Assembly: GCF_006345805.1 (NCBI RefSeq)
Contig: NW_021824694.1
Span: forward strand, 1-36,381
Length of the DNA stretch: 36,381 nt
Reading direction: 5' to 3'
Source of the DNA: Octopus sinensis
Lineage: Eukaryota
The notes below the pieces were generated by a model that was given only the letters and a program-made list of their open reading frames with translations, did not search any database and was not told the origin of the DNA. The position numbers and the translations under genes are program-made. Shown in pieces: positions 24,279 through 33,200 of this stretch; the stretch's first letter is position 1; the number at the start of each line of letters is the position of its first letter.

Positions 24279-24519
24279 ATGTGTTTATATAACAGATTTA
24301 GAGAACAATATTTATGAAATACCTCAACATATTGAAGAGGAAATATCTGAATATGATGAAATCCGGGGATTAAAAGATAATCCGAAATATTTACTCCTCA
24401 GAGGGGATGATAATGAAGTGTTTGAAGTTCTTGGTTTGGATGTTTCAGACAATTCTTTGATGGCTTTTGGAATTATTCCTGGACGTCAATCTTTTGCTTT
24501 CTTTTATTTTGACAAATAA
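24279..24519 (+). pseudogene. Orphan duplicate of the family's C-terminal ~80 codons, downstream of B
   Basis: Reads VYITDLENNIYEIPQHIEEE...VLGLDVSDNSLMAFGIIPGRQSFAFFYFDK* in frame, followed by the same 3' flank as the full genes; no genuine start. Confidence 0.85.
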
Positions 24520-24572
24520 ATATTTCCAGAAATATTAAACTTCAATCTCCTTCTTCTTCTTCTTCTTGTAAA

Positions 24573-24635
24573 TGGCTTCACCCGGGAATCGAACCTGCAT
24601 CGCATACATTGCATTCTACACACTAACACTTATTG
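24573..24635 (-). repeat. tRNA-like element 3' of the B orphan cassette
   Basis: Same motif, GGTTCGATTCCCGGGTGAAGCCA. Confidence 0.55.
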
Positions 24636-24989
24636 TTGTAACATTCCTCAACACACTCTCTCTCTCTCTGTATATTTATATACACTATATGTACATGTGT
24701 TTATATATATACACACATATTTAGGAACGTATGTATAGAAATAAGGCTATAAGTATGTATGTTTGTGTGTGTGTGGGTGTGTGTGTGTGTGTATATGTAT
24801 GTATGTATGTGTATATACAAGTACAAAGTGAGATAGGAGTTATGAGTGTAACCCACTATGGGATATCAGTTATTCAATCTACTGCTGGTGAAGCACCCAA
24901 ATGCCAAATACATAAATGCTTATAATTGCAATGCAATTAATTCATTTATTGTATTAGTTGGGCGAAGGTAAAATATTTTACCTCAAATT

Positions 24990-25290
24990 CATAATACAAA
25001 ATAAGAAAATGGAGGAACAGATTCCTTTCAATCATCGACTTACAGATAATACCAATTCATATTATTTATTAACTATATAAATAAGAACATCTAAATCGAA
25101 CAAAACAATATACATCAATATGCAAGACAATAATACCATAAGAATAATACACATAAAATGGTCCTTACAGCTGTTTTAGCCTATAGATAAAAGTATCTCA
25201 GTCTGCCTATATCAGTCAGATGTATTGGGGTAATATGCAGTTAAAAATGAGTTATATATCTCAAGGCCTCGTCAGAGATTATAAAGTACA
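24990..25290 (-). mobile_element. PLE-like terminal repeat fragment with degenerate hammerhead
   Basis: Minus strand CTGACGA-GGCC...GGCT-AAAA-CAGCTG-TA-AGGA at 25160-25278. Confidence 0.45.
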
Positions 25291-25515
25291 ATTATAAAAA
25301 TGTAAATATAAATATGAAACAAAATACACATACATTTGGATATATATATATACATAAGTGTATATATATATATATATACATAAGTGTATATATATATATA
25401 TTATATATTATATATATATATAAAATATTATTAGAGACAAAACCACTATTTTGCAAAACAAACAAGGAAAGACTTAATCAATACATAAAATTTTAATAAA
25501 TAGTCAAAAAAACCG

Positions 25516-25558
25516 CCACTACAATCGTTTCTTGTCTTGATCGACAATCTTCAGGTGG
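25516..25558 (-). ncRNA. Mirror copy of the hammerhead motif
   Basis: Reverse complement of 25604-25645 with one extra base in loop II. Confidence 0.65.
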
Positions 25559-25603
25559 ACTTCCAATAATTCAGTGTCAATTTGACACTGAATTATTGGA
25601 AGT

Positions 25604-25645
25604 CCACCTGAAGATTGTCGATCAGACAAGAAACGATTGTAGTGG
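25604..25645 (+). ncRNA. Minimal type I hammerhead ribozyme motif
   Basis: CCAC-CTGAAGA-TTGTC(GATCA)GACAA-GAAA-C(GATT)G-TA-GTGG: intact core, stems I and II pair, GUA cleavage triplet. Confidence 0.7.
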
Positions 25646-25817
25646 CGGTTTTTTTGACTATTTATTAAAATTTTATGTATTGATTAAGTCTTTCCTTGTT
25701 TGTTTTGCAAAATAGTGGTTTGTCTCTAATAATATTTTATAATATTTTACTATAAATTGGATTTAATCCTAAATCTGATTTTTTCCCTGTAAATTTGGAT
25801 TTATTCCCTAATATTTA

Positions 25818-25888
<71 letters not shown>

Positions 25889-26323
25889 ATAAGTATATAT
25901 ATAAAAATATACACACACATAAGGTTACAGATAATTAATTATATATGCTGGAATATACATATACATCCACATCTATGGGTACATATACAATGTTCATTAC
26001 ATTACCAATATTATTATTATTATTATTATTAATATTAATATTAGATTATGAGCATTCTGCTATTCACAATACATAGTAAATGAAAAATACAACTTAGAAT
26101 ATAGTATACTATAATATAATATAATATAATATATAGACAGATGCTTATGAAAGATGCAAGCACATTCATTCAACAATAATGTCAGTATATTCATATATTA
26201 TACAGTCAAAATCGAAACTTCAGTCTTATTCTGCATACATATATATATATATATATATATATACACAGGTAACAAACCATGCATATACATATACATACAT
26301 ACGCATAAACACACACACACACA

Positions 26324-26515
26324 CTCTTTTACTTGTTTCAGCCATTTGACTGCGGCCATGCTGGAGCACCGCCTTTAGCCGATCAAATCGACATATTCTT
26401 TTTAAGCCCAATACTTATTCTATCGGCCTCTTTTGCCGAACCGCTAAGTGACGGGGACATAAACACACCAGCATCGGTTGTCAAGCAATGCTAGGGGGAC
26501 AAACACAGACACACA

Positions 26516-26548
<33 letters not shown>

Positions 26549-26720
26549 CATATATACGACAGGCTTCTTTCAGTTTCCGTCTACCAAATCCACTCACAAG
26601 GCTTTGGTCGGCCTGGGGCTATAGCAGAAGACACTTGCCCAAGATGTCACGCAGTGGGACTGAACCCGGAACCATGTGGTTGGTTAGCAAGCTACTTACC
26701 ACACAGCCACTCCTGCACCT
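26324..26720 (-). mobile_element. tRNA-derived SINE (abundant octopus-type family with central microsatellite)
   Basis: Head AGGTGCAGGAGTGGCTGTGTGGTAAG...GGGTTCAGTCCC, body CTTGGGCAAGTGTC...GGAAACTGAAAGAAGCC, tail CTCCAGCATGGCCGCAGTC...GAAACAAGTAAAAGAG. Confidence 0.85.
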
Positions 26721-26726
26721 ATATAT

Positions 26727-26811
<85 letters not shown>

Positions 26812-26824
26812 CTGCAAAAACAAA

Positions 26825-27180
26825 GGTATTTACCTCTATCATAAGAGACCCTTTGTATGCAGATGATTGTGAGCTAGTAGCACACACAGAGATTGATATG
26901 CAACACATTTTGAATGCATTCTCTGATGCTTGCACTGCCGTAGGATTGACAGTCAATCTCAAGAAAACTGTTGTCATGCATCAACCTGCCCCTGGTAAGC
27001 AGTATAGTGTACCAAACATCTATGTGTATGGTAAACGACTTGATGTAGTTGATCAGTTTGTCTACCTGGGAAGCACTATTAATAGCTATAGCAATTTGGA
27101 TGATGAAATTCCATATAGAATTAGGAAAGCAAGTGTTGCTTTTGGAAGGTTAGAAAAGCGCCTCTGGACTCGGCGAGACA
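26825..27180 (+). mobile_element. RTE-clade non-LTR retrotransposon reverse-transcriptase fragment
   Basis: YADD catalytic motif followed by GLTVNLKKTVVMHQPAPG...FVYLGS...RIRKASVAFGRL, typical of RTE/BovB-like RT C-termini; both ends lost in microsatellites. Confidence 0.88.
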
Positions 27181-27200
27181 TATGCACATAAATACATATA

Positions 27201-27247
<47 letters not shown>

Positions 27248-27926
27248 GTATGTATTGTAGTATGAATATAGACATTTATATATGTATTTATTATATGATA
27301 TATGTGGTTGTGTGTGCATGTATATATGTGTATATGTTGATGTGCGTGTATATATATGTGTATATAAAAAGTAGTCATTTTTAAATATTTATGCAATTAG
27401 ATATAGATTAATACCGATATTAGATTATTGGTGGGTTTCCTACCTTAAAAATTAAAATTAATATTTAACATTATAGTCGATTTTGATATAATCATAATTG
27501 GTTATATATATAATATATATATATAATATAATATATATAATATATATATATATATACACACACACACATATATATATATATACATAATAATAACCAATAA
27601 AATAATAGTACATTCCATTTAAAGTAAAAACTATGCGATTTCTTAATATATATTTAGTGGTCTAAATGGGAATTATACATTAAAATTACATCTTTGGCAA
27701 AAGTTGGGAAAGATTTAGAAAAAACTTTCAATAGATATAAAAAGTTTGAATTACATATTTGACAAAATTTGGGGGGGGGGGAATTGGAAGAAACTTTCGA
27801 AAGATACAAAAATCAAATTCACCGTATAAATATGTGAATCCTTAAATTCACTTTTACATTAGTTTTACACTTTTCCAATTAAATTCGTTTATTAGCTATA
27901 CTCGCATATGCTAAGTTATATTAATT

Positions 27927-28298
27927 GGAAGCACCCCATCGGTTATGACGACGAGGGTTCCGGTTGATCCGATCAACGGAACAGCCTGCTCGTGAAATTA
28001 AGGTGTAAGTGGCTGAGCACTCCACAGACACGTGTACCCTTAACGTAGTTCTCGGGGATATTCAGCGTGACACAGAGAGTGACAAGGCCGGCCCTTTGAA
28101 ATACAGGTACAACAGAAACAGGAGAGAAAGTTGTGGTGAAAGAGTACAGCAGGGATCACCACCATCCCCTGCCGGGGCCTCGTGGAGCTTTTTAGGTATT
28201 TTCGCTCAATAAACACTCACAACGCCCGGTCTGGGAATCGAAACCACGATCCTACGACCGCGAGTCCGCTGCCCCAACCACTGGGCCATTGCGCCTCC
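27927..28298 (-). mobile_element. Full-length tRNA-derived SINE
   Basis: Minus-strand head GGAGGCGCAATGGCCCAGTGGTTGG...GGTTTCGATTCCC (A and B boxes); flanked by the 10-bp direct repeat TATATTAATT at 27917-27926 and 28299-28308. Confidence 0.88.
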
Positions 28299-28479
28299 TA
28301 TATTAATTACTATTACAAATACAAAAGACCATATTTATCATAGATATATTTACGATGTCTATCAATGTTTATTAGTGTGAATACTGTAGAAATCAATATA
28401 CAATTTTATTGTCACTTAATTATCCAACTATTCATATTTTAATTCGGCATTAGTATCTATCAATTCATTTATATATCTA

Positions 28480-28863
28480 CTAGCAGTATCGCCCGGCGTT
28501 GCTCAGGTTTGTAAGGGAAATAACTATAAAGCATATTTAGAGAGTTATAGCCAAAAAATAGCAAAAAAATGGAAAAAAAATTATGGTAAATTTTTTTTGA
28601 CAGTTAAAAAAGGTGGAGTTGCGTCCCCTAGACGGTCTGTGGTTTGGGTTTCTGAAATTCGACCCCATGTCGAATTTATCGATCTTTTTCAGAACTGGGG
28701 GAACTTTTCAAAATTTTCGCTGCGTTAGTTTTGAATTATGACATTGGGCTATGTGTGTGTCAAGTTTCATCAGAATCGGTTGAAAGCCGTGGTCAGGGTG
28801 AGGGTACGAGAAAACAGACACACAGAAAACGCACAGACAAACTGCCGTTTATATAGAGAGAGA
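28480..28863 (-). mobile_element. Short non-autonomous Helitron
   Basis: Same CTAGCAGTATCGCCCGGCGTTGCTC terminus as at 2456; the other end is ...TATATAGAGAGAGA|T (TC start on minus); A/T insertion, no TSD. Confidence 0.75.
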
Positions 28864-29284
28864 TTTACTGATATATACAATAGTTATTTATTATTTATCT
28901 TAGGTTATCCATTATCATATCTATTTACCCTTATATATAATAGGTATTTATTATTAATCTTAGGATATACAAGTATATTTCCGTACTTTAATAAATGTTA
29001 GATCAAAACCATTAATACCAAGATGGACCAAATAAGTAGTTAACTAAACAAACAAATATTTAGTCCAACCGTTTCTTATAAAACTTTATAAATACAACAC
29101 ATACCGTAATTGAACATAGGTTTAAGTACACAAATATATATATATGTGCATATACATATATACACTTGTATATGTACATAAATATACACATGCACACATA
29201 TACAGTCATATAAATAGCCACACATATGCATAATTATACACATACATATACATATAAATACTCATAGATATACACAGACATGTA

Positions 29285-29600
29285 CATTCATACATACACA
29301 TACATACATATACCTATATACCCACACATAAATATACATACACACACGTACACATATATATACATACACACATACATATATACATACATATACCTATATA
29401 TCCACACATAAATATACATACACACACGTACACATATATATACATACACACATACATATACATACATATACCTATATACCCACACATAAATATACATACA
29501 CACACGTACACATATATATACATACACACATATATAAATGCATACACACACATATATACATACACACGTATATATAAATATACATACACACACTCACACA
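29285..29600. repeat. Minisatellite of ~70-bp AC/AT-rich units
   Basis: TACATATACCTATATAYCCACACATAAATATACATACACACACGTACAC recurs three times. Confidence 0.85.
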
Positions 29601-29724
29601 TATATACGCATTCATATACATACATACACACTACTTAAATAGACATATATACATATCTGCAAGTACACATATATACATACATTCATCAGCACACATAGTG
29701 AGAAAGAAAATTGAAGAAAGTTAC

Positions 29725-29785
29725 AATAACTGTGAGTGTGTAGAATGCAATGTCAGTGATTTAGGTTCAATTTCCAGGTGAGCCC
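29725..29785 (+). repeat. More degenerate tRNA-like element 3' of the C orphan cassette
   Basis: GTGTGTAGAATGCAATGTCAGTGATTTAGGTTCAATTTCCAGGTGAGCC. Confidence 0.45.
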
Positions 29786-29829
29786 TGTAGCAATAACAAC
29801 AACATCAAATTTTAATATTTCTGAAAATA

Positions 29830-30070
29830 TTATTTGTCAAAATAAAAGAAAGCAAAAGATTGACGTCCAGGAATAATTCCAAAAACCATCAAAGAATTGT
29901 CTGAAACATCCAAACCAAGAACTTCAAACACTTCATTATCATCCCCTCTGAGGAGTAAATATTTTGGATTATCTTTTAATCCCTGGATTTCATCATATTC
30001 AGATGTTTCCTCTTCAATATGTCGAGGTATTTCGTAAATATTGTTCTCTAAATCTGTTATATAAACACAT
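29830..30070 (-). pseudogene. Orphan duplicate of the C-terminal ~80 codons, downstream of C
   Basis: Reads VYITDLENNIYEIPRHIEEETSEYDEIQGLKDNPKYLLLRGDDNEV...FAFFYFDK*; nearly identical to 24279-24519. Confidence 0.85.
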
Positions 30071-30133
30071 ATACATATACTGTATATAAATATACACACA
30101 CACACAAAGAGAGTGTGTTGAGGAATGTTACAA

Positions 30134-30196
30134 CACTAAGTGTTAGTGTGTAGAATGCAATGTATGCGATGCAGGTTCGATTCCCAGGCAAAGCCA
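30134..30196 (+). repeat. tRNA-like element 3' of C
   Basis: CACTAAGTGTTAGTGTGTAGAATGCAATGTATGCGATGCAGGTTCGATTCCCAGGCAAAGCCA, followed by (CAA)n(GAA)n. Confidence 0.55.
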
Positions 30197-30255
30197 TTTA
30201 CAACAACAACAATAAGAAGAAGAAGAAGATTGAAGTTTAATATTTCTGAAAATAT

Positions 30256-33200
30256 TTATTTGTCAAAATAAAAAAAAGCAAAAGATTGACGTCCAGGAAT
30301 AATTCCAAAAACCATCAAAGAATTGTCTGAAACATCCAAACCAAGAACTTTGTAAACTTCATTATCGATACCTCCCAGGAGCAAATATTGTTGAATATCT
30401 TCAGATGTTTGATGTTCAATATGTCCAGGTATTTGGTAAATATTGTTATATCTGTCTACTATATACACATATTCACCTTGTGTAGTTAGATAATGTCTAT
30501 GGATGTTGTTGTATAGATATCTTGGTAGTTTTATACTTCTGACCAAATGTTCACTAAACCAAATGACATCATAGGCATAACCACTCCAGTATCTCTCCCG
30601 CTCTTCCTTCACAACGACAATATCTCCACCAGATGTCACTACTATATCCAACACCACCTCTATCTCCTCCTTCTTTCTCAGCCAAGAGCACACTTTATGA
30701 ATGTATTTACATACCTTTCCATCAATAGCAATTACATCTACATAATAGGAAGACCAGCTTCTACATTCAGTCATGTCTTCAATATAAGGACCACCACCAC
30801 CACACACGAGTTTATTGTCGTTGTATTTATAAATCCTGTTGTAGAATTTCTTAGTTTTGATGGTTTTTAAACGACGGAGATCCCTGTTGAAGAACATCAG
30901 TTCTTCACCAAAGGCGACAATGAAACATTCCTCTTTCCACCAACATATGTCCAGTGGTAGTTGTGGTAGTTGTTTATGTTGAAGTATGTCCACTGTTGTT
31001 GTTGTTGTTGTTCTGATTAATGTGACACTTTCTCGAAACATCAACACACTCACATTCTCATCTAACTTAATTAGTTTACTATTGTAATCTCTACTGTCTT
31101 CGATATCATAATTAACAGGTTCAGTGCATGTAGGAATGGAAAAAGGGACCATTGCTGTCCGATATGGAAGTCTCCTCACTGATATTTCATCAATTCCTGG
31201 CTTACTCTCCGCTATGTAATTACCACATCTCACCTTTAATCTACTTTTACCAATTATTTCACCTGATTTACCTCTTTCCACTTCATCTCCGCCACTGTAT
31301 TCCAATTTATTAATTAATTCATTACTGAATATTTCCTTATTCGTTTCAGATGTAATGGAAGGGAAACGAAGACCAGAATCAAGATTTGATAATGACACAG
31401 ATTCCAGAATGTTCACTTGGTCCCCATCAATCTTTATGCAATGACATTCAATCAATTCAATATGTGCACACCAGTAAATATTTCCCACTTTTCTCCATAT
31501 CACACCATAAGGTACTTGACTTTCCCAAACTTTATATTTCCCCAAATTTTCTTGCTTCAGTTGAAATATTTCTCGTCTGTTAGGGACCGTGACCATTATG
31601 CCTCTTCCATGTGTAAAACACACACCACCAACTAAACTTCCTAGATCTCTGTGGCATAGCAATTCCCCATCTCTATCAAACATTTTAACATTTCCATTAT
31701 TGGCTTTTTCACACACAACTGTCTTTCCTTCATCAGAGATGTCAATATCTTTCACCTGAACAAGACATTCGTCTGTTTGTAAATGACAAACAGGGAATTT
31801 TTCCCGATTAAGCTGAAACAAACCTTCAACATACAATTTATCTTTGTTGTGGCTCCCAGCAAAACGTGGACCATTACAGTTTATACTTGTGAAATCTATT
31901 TTATCTTTATAAATTCTACTATTTATAAATATTCTGTTGTATTCTCCTGTCTGTGTCAAACAGACTAAGCTGTTATAGCCAGTGAAATCACCATAACGAT
32001 CCCACCATCCATAAATGTACAAATAACTGTCATCAATTGTCATGTTGTTGTATTTAATATCATCATAAGCCATGTAGTGTCTAACTGAATGCAAATACTG
32101 ACCACCACTGTTGAAGAATATTATGAATCTTCTATTGCTGACAATGATGACACCATTAGCAGTAACTATAATATTACAGATGTAATTAATAAGTCCACGT
32201 CTGTCTTTCGTTAATGTCTCAGGTATGCCTATTTGTTTTATTATATTCACGGTTGAATGTTTTTCGTCTATAACGATAACATACAAATTACATTTATCTC
32301 TATATTTACTACACAACAGTTGATTGTTTGATAAAGAAGCAATACATTTATATTCATTTCTTGTCAGGTAGGTTACCGACGACAATGGGAACCCAACTTT
32401 TAAAGTCAACAATTGGGACTTAGCACCATAAGTTGTAATGACCAGTGTGTTTCTCTGCCAACGACACATATTAATAGGAAAAACATTCAATTTGATAGAG
32501 TCCACAAGTTGACCGTCAAATGTGAATATCTTAATGTTTTTATTATTCCAGTCATATGACGCTATCAGGTTATTTTCAATAACACACAAACGGCGAATGT
32601 ACACTGGTTTTTGGTCTCCAAAACCTGAAGGGACAACGACATGTCTAGCTTTGTCAGAAACTGTCAGGTCCTGTAGATATAAAGTGGAAGACAACATTTC
32701 ACTGACAGAAATGTTTCTGGAAAATACATCCACCAGGTCGATATAATAATTAAGTTGATTATTTGTAACGAGATCATTAACTAACAAATTATGATTGTTT
32801 ATGGCAAACATACGGCTTCTGTCTATCAGATAAACAAATATTTTATCAATAGATCCACCGCAGAGATTGAGGGGACGTTTCACTTGGGACATTAAAACAC
32901 TGGGGACCATCTTACTACTACTATAACCACCACCACAGATACTAGTGTTGTAATGAAAGGCTATTTTCCTAGTAACAATTAATAATTTTCGTGTTTCATT
33001 TTCTATTGCTAATGATTTCACAAACACAGGGATATTAATTGTCTTAAGTACTTCGACTTGATTATAATAATTGATGGCTAAAATATCTAAATGTGATGGA
33101 TTATCACAGTAACAAACAATTTCACATTCACCCATCTTACACACCCGTACATAAGGCTGCCTTAATGATACACTTCTCACTGTCTTTGATAGGTTTCCGA

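Larger units (their letters stand above)
25419..25741. repeat. 323-bp near-perfect palindrome (probable inverted PLE terminal repeats)
   Basis: Arms 25419-25580 and 25582-25741 are reverse complements except for two 1-nt indels; 1-nt spacer at 25581. Confidence 0.95.

Noticed and set aside
29285-29600. CRISPR-like repeat-spacer array
   Set aside because: The units are contiguous low-complexity repeats without unique spacers; it is a minisatellite.
30134-30196. Functional tRNA gene
   Set aside because: It has a B-box and CCA, but acceptor, D and anticodon stems do not pair; treated as a tRNA-derived relic.
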